Shown: piece after piece, positions 26,123 through 39,180 of the stretch | Numbering within the stretch: position 1 is the first letter of the stretch | Layout: every line of letters begins with the position of its first letter | NCBI GenBank assembly: GCA_964016885.1 | Contig: OZ024740.1 | Coordinates: 349,804,001 to 349,868,000, forward strand | Origin: Eledone cirrhosa | Taxonomy: Eukaryota | DNA: 64,000 nt | Direction of reading: 5' to 3' | The notes under the pieces: model-generated | Told to the model about the DNA's origin: nothing | Database searches by the model: none | The model's input: the letters and a program-made list of their open reading frames with translations, nothing else | Translations under genes and position numbers: made by a program

Positions 26123-26959
26123 TGCTCTCCCTTGCTTAGTTGCTGAAGACCTGTGGTGATTAATCACCGCTTCTAAAGTTTCATAGCAAGGCTATAAAAA
26201 TGTTTATTGGTCAGGCTCTTCCCGTACTGTTTCCTGCTCCTTCTTCAGTGAGAGTTCTTTTCTTTCATCGAAATTATATATACATATTCTGTATCTTATG
26301 ATGTACTGCATACTTCCTTCCCCCTGTTTATTGTATTTATATACAGTTCAACATGTGTTATTTTTAACCCTTCAGTATAAAACGCATTGCATTTATGTGC
26401 GACCTCTTGAGTTATAGCAGATTTGTTTAAACAAAGTGTTTTGTGTCATTTATACTGGTTCTACATCTTTCAGCATTAACAATGCCTTTCTTTCTTCCAG
26501 GCTAACTAAAATTAAAGTATTAGTGAAATACTGAGGTCGATATAGTCCGCTTTCGAACCCCCCCCCCCCCTTTTCTCCTCCTCACGCAATAACACTACAC
26601 GTACACCTAAGTCAGAAACAATAATTGATATTTGGGACGATGTCAGAAATACTTCTGAGAGAAAGATATTTAATGCAGTGGTCGCCAACATGTTTTTCTC
26701 GATATCAACACAAAATATTACTGAGAGACGTTAAAGAACTATTAGACTTGCTAATAGAAAAAAATGATACTGCGACCATGCTGGAACACCGCCTTGATTT
26801 AGTTGTAATTATTTAATGGATTTCTTTTTTGTCGAGCCGTTTAGTTTCGAGAAGATACACACATTTGTATATATTACCATCTACCAAATGCTACCCAGAA
26901 GGCATTGGTCAACACGAGGCTATACTAGAGGACACTTGCCCTGGCACTGAACTCAGAAC

Positions 26960-27119
26960 CACTACCGGATTTAGGACAAATGAGGCCCTGTGCTAGTTAA
27001 GTTATGAGGCCTCTATTTGAAAATTCATCCTAAAATTTTTTTCGCAGGAAGATGGGCTCCTCTGGCCAACGGGGCCGTGTGCTTAAGAACACCTAATCAC
27101 AATGGTAAATCAAGCACTG
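26960..27119. mobile_element. hAT-type MITE inserted into an S2 SINE (26870-27145)
   Basis: Imperfect TIRs CACTACCGGATTTA / TAAATCAAGCACTG. 8-bp TSD CTCAGAAC / CCCAGAAC. Confidence 0.65.
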
Positions 27120-27495
27120 CCCAGAACCACATGCTTGCACACCTATGTACACATTATTTTTTCTTTTATTAAATTATACTCATTAAATTATACTCATATA
27201 GCATGTATTAAAACAGAATCCTTAGACTGCCATGAAGAACTGTCAAATTTTACGAGCAAATCTTGTAAGAACACTTTATTTTTTCACACGAATTCCCAAA
27301 ACATTTTGATGAGTTCTCTGGGTTCGTATGAACTCAGACTGGTGACCACTCGACTAAATAAATTGAATGGACCGAAGTACTTGACTGGTATTTTATTTTT
27401 ATCACAGGATGAGAGTCAGTGTCAACAACATTTGTAGTACTTTATCTCAAATGTAAAGATGGCATAAGGAAAATAGCTCGAGGGATTTAATCTAT

Positions 27496-27526
<31 letters not shown>

Positions 27527-27867
27527 GCTGCTGAATGATAAGGTCACATGTTACTAATATTACGCGTCCCCTCATGATATTTTTGAAAACTATTCTACGG
27601 TAAAATATTTCTACTCACATCGGTCACATCAACGTTCGGTGTTCTGTTATGCTAAATATCGACATGTGTTATATTAAATACCATAGCAATATGTTATGTG
27701 AAATATTATAGTTATAGCATAACATGTGAAGTTCTGCTAAATATCATAGCAATATCTCGTTGCTGTTGTCGTCTTCTTCTTCTTCTTCTTCTTCTTTCTT
27801 TACTGTATCTATCTCCCTTTCTTCCTCCTTATTTTCTCTCTCTATCTTTATTATTAATATCATTATT

Positions 27868-27960
27868 GCGAGGTTAACTTTGCTTTTCATCCTTACGGAG
27901 TCGATAAAATAAAGTACCAGTAATGTACTGGGTAATTGCTGGCCTTGTGGAAACAATTAT
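27868..27960 (+). mobile_element. SINE S1 3' half
   Basis: S1 core and tail. Confidence 0.8.
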
Positions 27961-28299
27961 TATTGATGATGTAATAAAAATTTGTAAATTTGCCGGTTAT
28001 ATATATTTTGTATTTTTGCCGGTTACATATATTTTGTAACAATTGTTAGACTGTAAATAAATCCCCTTTTTTGTACTGTTGACCATGTTATTCTCCACTT
28101 TTTCAATTTATTACTCCAAGATAAACTTACATAGGAATACAAGTGAAATCATAAACTCGTCATTTACGTAAACCTCTTGTTGAGTCAAACAACGCCGTAC
28201 GCTAAAACTATCCATAATAATAAGTATTCACAACCTCTAACTGGATTACCTATAACGATATTTTGTTATCCCTTATATATATATATATATATTTATGTG

Positions 28300-28381
<82 letters not shown>

Positions 28382-28421
28382 TATATATATATGTATGCAT
28401 GTTTATATGATTATATCTATC

Positions 28422-28477
<56 letters not shown>

Positions 28478-28589
28478 GCGAAGAAATACCAACGACGGCT
28501 GGAAGATCACTGATGACGGACGCCTTATCTTCTGCTCTAATTTTATTCATATATATATATATATATACACACATATGATTATATATATA

Positions 28590-29549
28590 CTAGCAGCAGT
28601 ACCCAGCGTTGTCTGGGTAGGTAAAATAATATCTGCTTTGATGAAAAGGTGTTGATCTGAGCGACTGCTTCTCGATGACTCATCTATGGCCACACACAGA
28701 CCATGCGGGGGAGGGTGTGGTGATGACCTCTATCACTGAGAAACGCGGGTGAGTGACGAAGAGGCATGCTTGCGGAGGGAGGTATTGACCTCTAACACTA
28801 AGCCAAATTTCCTCACGCAACTTGGTTGGAAACCGATGAATTCTCAAATACACAACTAAAAGCTCAGACGACGACAGTGGTCATCGTTTTGCCTTTGACC
28901 ATCTATAAGATGTGCAATAACAGGTTCTATCGTAGTATAAAAGTTGAACCAAATAAATTGATTTATGTGTGAGGTGGAGCCGAAGTTTCGAATTTGAACG
29001 AAATCGGTTGAAAAATGTGGGAGCTAGAGCCGTAAAGGCGTTCCTGAACAAAAAATCCAAAATGTAAAGCCAATTTAAGACGTAAAATAATCAGATCTAG
29101 TGTAAAATTTGAACAAAGTAGGTTGATTAATGTGGGAGCTAGAGCCGAAAAAGTGGAAATTTGAGTCTAAAACTGATATTTTTGAATATTTAAGCGGCTA
29201 TCACGCCGTTCCTGAACAACAAATGCAAAATATAAAGCCATTACAGGATGTGCAATGATAAATTCTATTTTGTTTTAAAATTTGAACGAAATCGGTGACA
29301 AAATGTGGGAGCTAGAGCCAAAAGTCTTATTTTTCGATACCTAAAAAAGGGTGACCCCCTATCGATTTTTATCTGCAGAATGACCCAGGAATAAAAAAAA
29401 ACGATACGCTGATATATAGAAAACACTCCCCGATGACTAATCTATGAGCCTGTAAATTTTCATGAAAATCGGTCGTAAGATGTAGGCCCCTATAGGTAAT
29501 ATACAGACACACAGACACACACACATACTTAATTTTATATATATACAGA
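28590..29549 (-). mobile_element. Non-autonomous Helitron with internal ~120-180 bp repeats
   Basis: Minus strand starts A|TCTGTATATATATAAAA (29549) and ends with hairpin CCCAGACAACGCTGGG, then CTAG|T (28590). Three internal copies of AATTTGAAC.AA...GGT....AATGTGGGAGCTAGAGCC. Confidence 0.8.
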
Positions 29550-29651
29550 TATACATATACATATATATATATATATGTATATCATATATATATGTATATT
29601 ATATATGTATATCATATATATATGTATATTATATATGTATATATATATATG

Positions 29652-29717
<66 letters not shown>

Positions 29718-29719
<2 letters not shown>

Positions 29720-30027
29720 GTATAGGATTACCCAAGATGTAGTAATGGTTAATTACTACACTGGATATGGTTGACGTACGGTGAGAGGTTACTCTACGAG
29801 TTATGGAAGAATTGTTGAAGAAACTTAGTTCCTGATCCTTCTGTATTCCGGAGTGTATATAAAGAATGAATAATAACAGGTAGACATCATAAAAGGTAAT
29901 GTATTCCGTGTGCTTACAAATGTTTCCACGGTGGTACTAGGCTCTAGTACCACCGTGGAAACATTTGTAAGCACACAAATAAATTACCTTTTATGATGTC
30001 TACCTGTTATTATTCATTCTTTATATA
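29718..30027 (-). mobile_element. Family E: (TA)n-inserted element with fold-back palindrome and 3' half of a hammerhead
   Basis: Arms 29856-29940 / 29944-30027 with a 3-nt loop. Each arm carries GAA-AC(AUUU)GU-A-AGCAC. Confidence 0.68.
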
Positions 30028-30099
30028 TATATATATATATGTTGATTTAAAACTGCACTATCCACAAGTGTTTTTTAACCTTCATATCATGTCTTCCTG

Positions 30100-30166
30100 T
30101 TTTATCTGATGAAAACACAAATATTATTGCATGATGATATTTGTTTTTGAAATGCGCCTAATAAAA
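30100..30166 (+). ncRNA. Hammerhead ribozyme-like motif with long stem II
   Basis: UUUUAU-CUGAUGA-AAACACAAAUAUUAU(..)AUGAUAUUUGUUUUU-GAA-A(UGCGCC)U-A-AUAAAA; stem III is weak. Confidence 0.55.
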
Positions 30167-30232
30167 TACATGGAACCCTTTTAACCATCTTTTGTTCTTA
30201 TATACTATATATATATATATATATATACTATA

Positions 30233-30284
<52 letters not shown>

Positions 30285-30435
30285 GTGAAAAAAAACGGGC
30301 GGTATATGGAAGGTTGATAGAGCACTCAGTCCAGAGGACGAGATCGGTCAGTATATATTCAATTCCCCAACAGTTACCATCTGTCATGGAATTAACTTTC
30401 TCCCCCACCCCCTGTTTTATACCTACCTATTATTA

Positions 30436-30467
<32 letters not shown>

Positions 30468-30471
<4 letters not shown>

Positions 30472-31560
30472 ACTTCAAGGCGATCCCTTCGCACTGTAGT
30501 TATTTATTATCGTACTTCATTATGCATTTCGTGTTATTATTGATAATTTTGATGGCTTTACCTCAAAAGCAGAGAAGCACGAGACATCTTGTCACAGCAC
30601 CTACAGAATTCATTTATGACATATTATTTATTGTCTTATGTGCAGATTCACTAAGTAAAGCAGAGGATCACTTAGAAGTGTCGACTCCAAGCTATGGGAC
30701 TCTTCCTAAATGTCAACGAAACCCAATACCTGACCATCAACTCAGATCCAACTACAAACATCAAATCATCAAGCAATACTAATCTCGAAAAAGTAGACGA
30801 CTTCAAATACCTTAGTGGATCCACGAATTCGTCAAATGATATAATCAATAGAATACCACAAGCATGGCTTCCAGTGAACTCGTTAGATAAGGTGTGGAAA
30901 TCTAATATAACCACAAAAAAACATCAAATTAGATTATTCGAAGCCACAGTGGAACCAATCTTACTCAGGGGCAGTGGAACTGAGACACACCGCCCCCTAA
31001 TTATATTTTCCCCACCAAACTATGAAAACACATCTATTTGTATATGCCCTACAATTATGCACATGTTATGTTTATCACATAACGAAGTATTTTTTATATC
31101 TTGGTTGATATTTGATAATAACAGCTAAACTAAGCACTACAACTAAATTGACGAAATTTGGATCCCAAAATGCTGAATTAGGGATACAACCACCCCTGTT
31201 ATTGCATTCCAGTGAATCATGGTCATTGACAAAGCTTTAGATGGTTGCTACACACGAATGCTTAAGAAGGATAAAAAAAACATCAAACCTCTCGACCTTA
31301 TAAACAAAATTCTCTACGGCAATCCCCCGCCCGTTAACCATAACATATGTATAGGCATCCCTATCTTGCATGTCAAGTCATGAGAAGCAACGAACCTGCT
31401 ACAAAACTTTTACTATGGGAGCCCACTAATGTGAAATGCAAACGCGGAAGCCCTCAAAACAATTAAAAACAGAACCATTGAGGAAGCTGCAGAATTGTTC
31501 GGTAAAGAAATGAGACAGTTGATGTTGGATTGTGTGAGATGGAAAGGTTTTATCATGTCA
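30468..31560 (+). mobile_element. Degenerate RTE/RTEX-like LINE fragment (RT to C-terminus)
   Basis: VLQGDPFA, GLFLNVNETQY, LEKVDDFKYL, IRLFEATVEPILL, LDGCYTRML; many lesions. Confidence 0.72.
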
Positions 31561-31586
31561 CCACAAAAATGGATGAAAGTAGTAGT

Positions 31587-31660
<74 letters not shown>

Positions 31661-31661
<1 letters not shown>

Positions 31662-32240
31662 GTTATTCCGGGTTGAATCGGAGGTAACCACAGTAAGTAA
31701 GGTACTCAATACATAGCAGAGTATAACAGTTTTAATATAGATGAGATTCTACAGGACTAGAACTGTTTCATTCATTAGAAATCATCAGGAATCTGGGTAT
31801 CAAAAAATAAATATGGTATTTATAGGTCTCTACAAGTGGTAGGGGAGGGTGGGGAGTGGGATGGGTGCAGGTCATTGGTTGATAGAAAAGGGAATTCATT
31901 AAAAGCTAATTCTACAAAGCTATAGTTAATTTATATTTATTTATGTTTTTAGAGTAACAAAGGCAGACAGAATTCTATAAACAGGTTCCGGTTGGCATAC
32001 CATTCCTTGTCAATAAGTTTCTCTTAAGCTAACAGATGTCTATAAAATCAGTGGGGGGTCATTCATGCTCGATAGAATTAAAGAAAAGGGAGATTCTTTA
32101 AAAGCTAAAGTCATTAAGGTTCTACTAAGTGACAAAGGTCTAGGGAGTTCTGCAGACAGATTCAAAATACTGAGTGCATATCTTACTATTATCTTCGAAC
32201 TTCTCTTAAACTAATCAACAATATGCCAAATCAACAGACA
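31661..32240 (-). mobile_element. Family B element, longer copy
   Basis: Same 3' end as 25085, abutting (TA)n. The 5' extent is approximate. Confidence 0.6.
31744..31794 (-). ncRNA. Type I hammerhead ribozyme (family B)
   Basis: AGAUUC-CUGAUGA-UUUC(UAAU)GAAU-GAA-ACAG(UUCUAGUC)CUGU-A-GAAUCU; stem I covaries with the 25168 copy. Confidence 0.8.
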
Positions 32241-32508
32241 CATTCACAAAAAAACAAAAAAAAACAAAAAAACAAAAAAACAGAAAAACAAAAAAACACA
32301 CCTAAAAAACAAAAAAACACACATACTCACTCACACACTTACGCGCAACCATAAACACACACACAAACACATATACACACATAAAGACACACACACATAT
32401 ATAAAAAATATATAAATATATACAAATATATATTCATGTACACACACATACATACACACATACCTACATACATACATATATAATACATATACACATATAC
32501 ATACGCAC

Positions 32509-32568
<60 letters not shown>

Positions 32569-32624
32569 ACACACACACACATATATACATATATATATAC
32601 ATATATATATACATACATATATAT

Positions 32625-32715
<91 letters not shown>

Positions 32716-32943
32716 GATACACACACACATACACACATACATACACACATACACACATATATACACAAATAAATACACTCACACGCATACATACAAACAC
32801 GAGTATACATATGTATAAATATCTATACACACACACATACACACACACATATATATATACATATATACACATATATATATATATGGGTGTGTGTGTGTAT
32901 GTATGTGTATGTATAGTTTGCTAATTTGTTGGGGAACTAACTT

Positions 32944-32991
<48 letters not shown>

Positions 32992-32998
32992 CTCTGTA

Positions 32999-33041
<43 letters not shown>

Positions 33042-33096
33042 GTATATCTATACACACACACATATATATATAACATGAATATATATATATATATAT

Positions 33097-33258
33097 AACG
33101 AAGGAAGTGTGGTAAGGAACCAGATGGACCATAACGCACCAGAATACTCAATACTTATGGTAGTAGAGTGGGTAATATGAAATTTCGACGGCTATTTCTG
33201 GACTCAGTCCAGAAATAGCCGTCGAAACGGCTTGAGCTCTGCCGTCGGGGTTAAACAT

Positions 33259-33262
<4 letters not shown>
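33097..33262 (-). mobile_element. Family A copy with palindrome (apex 33205), left arm partly deleted
   Basis: TTTCGACGGCTATTTCTGGACT-C-AGTCCAGAAATAGCCGTCGAAA. Confidence 0.72.
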
Positions 33263-33313
<51 letters not shown>

Positions 33314-33675
33314 CATATATATCAAAATTAATATATATCAAATTAGAAAGCGGAGTTAAAGACTCACATTAATCCCCTATAATTTAATGAATTCAAAGGA
33401 TAGACCTGGGGCTCTTTATAGGACAGTGTATAGAGAAAAGTACAGAGAGAGATGCGTGTTCAATTATAGGGTATATAATACCACTAGAGTGAAAATAGTC
33501 GTTACTGTGCTGTTGTTTTGCTCTAAGCCAGCCCCAAATATATTATAGAAAGGTAGGAACATTATTTACAATTAGATCCAGTAACTGTAGTTGTTATTTT
33601 GTCTCATGTCAGACCTGATCGAACAGATTCATAACCATAGGTGTTCCCGCGGATACTTTCATACTGTGTGTGTGT

Positions 33676-33730
<55 letters not shown>

Positions 33731-34292
33731 TGTCTGTTTGTGTGTGTTTGTTTGTGTGTGTTTTTGTGTGTGTGTGTGTCTGTGTATGTATCTGTGTGTG
33801 TCTGTATGTCTGTATGTGTGTGTGTGTCTCTGTATGTGTGTGTGTGTTGTTTTTCTAGGCACACTAAACCCATGATTACATTATACTATATCCGGTTTGC
33901 TCTTGCTTTTGTTTTTCTTTGATATAACGGTGTAATACGAAGGAGTTTTCACTGCTATTTTTAGCAGGTTCAGCGAAAGCGTAGTGGTTTCCCCTAATTG
34001 GTTCATAATAATAACAGTAGTAGTATTGGTCGTTGTAGTATGGTGGTGACAATGGCAGTTGTTGCTGTAGTAGTTGTGTGCGTGTGTTTGTATGATGGAT
34101 CATTTTTCTTTGTTGTTTAACCCCAAGGTAGCCTTCATAGACCAAATCTACGTAAGGGTAAGCAATTGGTTGTTATTGTTGTTACTGTTATTTTATTCTA
34201 TTTATTGTCTTTCAGGTTTGCCCCTTGAACCGGTAAATTGGTCCCACAACGATATGGTACGATCCAGCATATATTATTTAATCTCATAGTAG

Positions 34293-34466
34293 ATCGGTAG
34301 AGGGTCGGACGCCATGCTTTGACGCATAGAGTTACGGTCCTTGCCATTCTGAGTTCAAATCCCGCCGAGGTTAACTTTGCCTTTCATCCTTATAGGGTCA
34401 ATAAAATAAAGTACCAGTAATACACTGGGCTATTGCTGGCCTTGTGCCAAAAGTAGAAACAATTAT
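34293..34466 (+). mobile_element. SINE S1 (more degenerate pieces at 34560-34760)
   Basis: S1 match; flanked by the direct repeat ATTATTTAATCTCATAGT (probable TSD, 34272-34290 / 34462-34479). Confidence 0.88.
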
Positions 34467-34789
34467 TTAATCTCATAGTCTTAATCTTCTATTATAACTC
34501 CATTCGCATCTAGGATGGTTTTATATGAATATTAAAGCGATTCTCCACCACCAACCATCATAGACTGGTACTTTATTTTTATCGATCCCGAAAGGACGAA
34601 AAGCAAAGTTAACACTGGTGGGTTGATGTTGTTAATTCCAGCTCGTCACGTTGTCTTCAAATCACACCGAGGTTAACTATGTCTTTTATAGTTCCAGTGT
34701 CTATATAATCGACTTTCACCTCTTCCAAAATAACTAGCCTTGTGCCTAAAGTAGAAACTGTTATTTAGCCCTCCTCCTCCTCGCCACGG

Positions 34790-35100
34790 TCATCCATAAC
34801 GCTTTCCAGCCGTGTCAATCCAGTCTTTTTAGAGGTATCTATCTATAGACCACATTATGTAATGGACCTCTTCCATTTCCCCCTTTATTAGATGGTAAAC
34901 AGATTTCACTGCTATTTCTAGCGAGCAGAGAGACTGCTTAAGAGATTCTTTTGTTTACAGATGTTCTCTTTTTAGTGGTAGCTATCTATAGACCACATTA
35001 TGTAATGAACCCCTTCCATTTTCACCCTTTATTAGATGCTAAACAGATTTGACTGCTATTTCTAGCGAGCAGAGCGACCACATAGAGATTTTCTTGTTTA
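34790..35100 (+). repeat. Tandem ~145 bp duplication of a dispersed non-coding repeat family (R1)
   Basis: TATCTATAGACCACATTATGTAATG...CTGCTATTTCTAGCGAGCAGAG occurs twice. Family also at 39700-40325, 44385-44570 and 33590-33975. Confidence 0.75.
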
Positions 35101-35101
35101 C

Positions 35102-35580
35102 CCAGGTTCCCACGTTTGTGTGTACATTGTGCATGTGTGAGGAAGGTACCAGGGCGGGAGACGTTGAAGTTGGAATTGAACAAGGAGCAACAGTTGCTGT
35201 TCTCCTGTATGTTGTATCGCCGATGTTTTGTATCCCAACATAACGATTCCCTTCTCTATAAACGACTAACATATACAAAGACAACGCCGAGTGAATGATG
35301 GAGTGTTGGAAATAACACACCACGAGTGTATACGTGACTGCTAAAAGTTGTATAAAAATATCAACTGGATATATATATATCTTATATTACATAACATTAT
35401 AGAGAAAAATATAAAGAAAACGAAGAAAGGACAGAGAGACAAATGAAACTAAAAACAAAATAAGTCATGAAGCATAGAGGCTGACTTACCGTCCAAAAAG
35501 TAGTGTTGTGTATACTCCGATATATATCGGTTCACAAGAAAGTATGAGAGAAAGAAAGAGATAGAGACGGAGGAAGGGAG
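35102..35580 (-). other. Candidate spliced exon pair (149-nt GT-AG intron at 35341-35489)
   Basis: Minus strand ACG|GTAAGT at 35490/35489, pyrimidine-rich intron, TTTTAG|CAG at 35341/35340, flanked by non-repetitive sequence. No recognisable protein. Confidence 0.35.
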
Positions 35581-35596
35581 AACGGCAGTGTATGTG

Positions 35597-35627
<31 letters not shown>

Positions 35628-35739
35628 GCGTGTGCGTGTGATGTTCGTGTCAAATACGAACGAAAAGGAGGAAAACAAAACAATCTCTATGTATTTTTGT
35701 ATATATATATATATTATATTATATTATATTATATTATAT

Positions 35740-35806
<67 letters not shown>

Positions 35807-35943
35807 TATATATATATATATATATTATATTATAGATATAAAGAGATGGGGAGGGAAAGAGAGATATTTGAAATTGAATCTGTTTTTAACAAAGACCATC
35901 AGAAATATATATTACAAGATATAAAACTTTGGATTGATGATGG

Positions 35944-36006
<63 letters not shown>

Positions 36007-36261
36007 TGTATGTTTGTATGTGTGTGTGTGTCAGTGTGAGGTGCCCAAGGCATCAAGTAGAAGTGACTTTTACAGGACCAGTACTGTTTCATTTTTTTTG
36101 TAAAATCATTTTCATAACAGAATGGAACAGCACTAGTCCGGTAATATATATTATGAATAAGAGACCTTTTACTGCGAACTTTCGTCGCTATTGACACATG
36201 AAAACTGTTTTAAAAAGCTAACGTCGGCGAAACTTTAAAGTAATTAGTCACCATTGTTAAT

Positions 36262-36367
36262 AATTGTTTCTACTTTTGGCACAATGCCACCAATTATTCC
36301 AGTGCATTACTGGTACTTTATTTTATCGACCCCGTAAGGATGAAAGGTAAAGTTAACCTAGGCGGAA
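36262..36367 (-). mobile_element. SINE S1 3' half
   Basis: S1 match. Confidence 0.82.
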
Positions 36368-36436
36368 TGATTAATAAGTTGATTCTACAAGTATGAGAGT
36401 CTTTATTCAATGTTTACTTTACTGAAATACACAAAC

Positions 36437-36484
<48 letters not shown>

Positions 36485-36485
<1 letters not shown>

Positions 36486-36608
36486 ACGAAGGAAGTGTGG
36501 TAAGGAACCAGATGGACCATAACGCACCAGAGTACTCAATACTTAGGGTAGTAGAGTACTCAATACTTAGGGTAGTAGAGTGGGTAATAGAAAAAATGTT
36601 TAACCTCC
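36485..36608 (-). mobile_element. Family A copy, truncated, with internal 24-bp tandem duplication
   Basis: (AGAGTACTCAATACTTAGGGTAGT)x2; ends before the ribozyme region. Confidence 0.72.
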
Positions 36609-37439
36609 TCTCTATATATATATATAGAGAGAGAAAGAGAGAGAGAGAGGGTGGGCTAGGTAAACAACGTAGTAATAGTTATAGTAGGAGTAGTATTAAT
36701 AGTAAGTATATATATATATATATAAAGTAGTAAATTTACGAATAATTAAGAGAGAAAAGAAAGCAAGGACAGTTACACAGTTGCGGTTAATAGTAGTAGT
36801 AATAGTAGTAGTAGCAGAGCAGCAGTAGTAGTAGCAGTAGCAGCAGTAGTAGTAGCAGTAGTAGTAGTAGTAGTAGTAGTAGTTGTCGTTGTAGTAGTAG
36901 TAGTAGTAGTAGTAGTTGTCGTTGTAGTAGTAGTAGTAGTAGTAGTGGTGATAGTTGTTGTTGTTGCGGTTGTTGTGATGTGGCGTGGAAGTTATAGGGT
37001 GTGGGCTAAATTAATGTAATTGGAGTAGTGTTGTTGTGGTTGTTTGTAGTGTTATTTTGATAATAGCAATGTTATTGTTGTTGGCGTTGGTGTTGATGTT
37101 TTGGTAATAATGGTGTTGATGTTGTGGTTGTAGTTGTTGGTGTTTCGGGGATTGTAGTGGTGGTGGTGGTAGTAGTGGTGTTGGTTATGATGATGGTGGT
37201 AGTGGTGCTAGTGGTGGTTGTTGGTGTAGTTTTGGTAATATTAGTACTGGTGTTGTGGTTGTAGTTGTTGGTGTTGGTGTTTCGGTGATTGTAGTAGTGG
37301 TGGTTGTGGTGGTGGCGGTGGTGTATTTGTAGTTGTTGGTGTTTTGCTGATTGTAGTGGTGGCGGTGATGGTGGTGGTGTGATAGTTGGTGTAGTTATTT
37401 TGGTAATACTGGTGCTAGTGTGGTGGTGTTGTTGGTGGT

Positions 37440-39180
37440 GTAGAGGTGGTGGTGGTGTTGTGGTTGTTGGTGTAGTTGTTGCAGTGATTGTAGTGGTGGT
37501 GGTGTTGTGGTTGTTGGTGTAGATGTTTCGGTGATTGTAGTGGTGGTGGTGGTGTTGTGGTTGTTGGTGTAATTGTTAAGGTGATTGTAGTGGAGGAGGT
37601 GGTGTTGTGGTTGTTGGTGTAGTTGTTTCGGTGATTGTAGTGGAGGAGGTGGTGTTGTGGTTGTTGGTGTAGTTGTTTCGGTGATTGTAGTGGAGGTGGT
37701 GGTGGTGTGGTTGTTGGTGTAGTTGTTAAGGTGATTGTAGTGGAGGTGGTGGTGGTGTGGTTGTTGGTGTAGTTGTTAAGGTGATTGTAGTGGTGGTGGT
37801 GGTGTTGTGGTTGTTGGTGTAGTTGTTTCGGTGATTGTAGTGGAGGTGGTGGTGTTGTGGTTGTTGGTGTAGTTGTTTCGGTGATTGTAGTGGAGGTGGT
37901 GGTGTTGTGGTTGTTGGTGTAGTTGTTTCGGTGATTGTAGAGGTGGTGGTGTTGTGGTTGTTGGTGTAGTTGTTACGGTGATTGTAGTGGAGGTGGTGGT
38001 GTTGTGGTTGTTGGTGTAGTTGTTTCGGTGATCGTAGTGGAGGTGGTGTTGTGGTTGTTGGTGTAGTTGTTTCGGTGATTGTAGTGGTGGTGGTGGTGGT
38101 GTGGTTGTTGGTGTAGTTGTTACGGTGATTGTAGTGGTGGTGGTGTTGTGGTTGTTGGTGTAGTTGTTTCGGTGATTGTAGTGGTGGTGGTGGTGTTGTG
38201 GTTGTTGGTGTAGTTGTTTCGGTGATTGTTATGGTGGTGGTGGTGGTGTGGTTGTTGGTGTGGTTGTTACGGTGATTGTAGTGGTGGTGGTGTTGTGGTT
38301 GTTGGTGTAGTTGTTTCGGTGATCGTAGTGGAGGTGGTGTTGTTGTGGTTGTTGGTGTAGTTGTTACGGTGATTGTAGTGGAGGTGGTGGTGTTGTGGTT
38401 GTTGGTGTAGTTGTTTCGGTGATCGTAGTGGAGGTGGTGTTGTTGTGGTTGTTGGTGTAGTTGTTTCGGTGATTGTAGTGGAGGTGGTGTTGTGGTTGTT
38501 GGTGTAGTTGTTTCGGTGATTGTAGTGGTTGTGGTGTTGTGGTTGTTGGTGTAGTTGTTACGGTGATTGTAGTGGAGGTGGTGGTGTTGTGGTTGTTGGT
38601 GTAGTTGTTTCGGTGATCGTAGTGGAGGTGGTGTTGTTGTGGTTGTTGGTGTAGTTGTTTCGGTGATTGTAGTGGAGGTGGTGTTGTGGTTGTTGGTGTA
38701 GTTGTTTCGGTGATTGTAGTGGTGGTGGTGTTGTGGTTGTTGGTGTAGTTGTTACGGTGATTGTAGCGGTGGTGGTGTTGTGGTTGTTGGTGTAGTTGTT
38801 TCGGTGATTGTAGTGGAGGTGGTGTTGTGGTTGTTGTTGTAGTTGTTTCGGTGATTGTAGTGGAGGTGGTGTTGTGGTTGTTGGTGTAGTTGTTTCGGTG
38901 ATTGTAGTGGAGGTGGTGTTGTGGTTGTTGGTGTAGTTGTTACGGTGATTGTAGTGGTGGTGGTGTTGTGGTTGTTGGTGTAGTTGTTTCGGTGATTGTA
39001 GTGGAGGTGGTGGTGTTGTGGTTGTTGTTGTAGTTGTTTCGGTGATTGTAGTGGAGGTGGTGTTGTGGTTGTTGGTGTAGTTGTTTCGGTGATTGTAGTG
39101 GAGGTGGTGTTGTGGTTGTTGGTGTAGTTGTTTCGGTGATTGTAGTGGAGGTGGTGGCGTTGTGGTTGTTGGTGTTTTGA
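37440..39180. repeat. 47-50 bp G/T-rich minisatellite (~35 units)
   Basis: Unit GGTGATTGTAGTGGAGGTGGTGGTGTTGTGGTTGTTGGTGTAGTTGTTTC; period 50 (37681, 37731, 37781...) with 47-bp variants. Confidence 0.95.
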
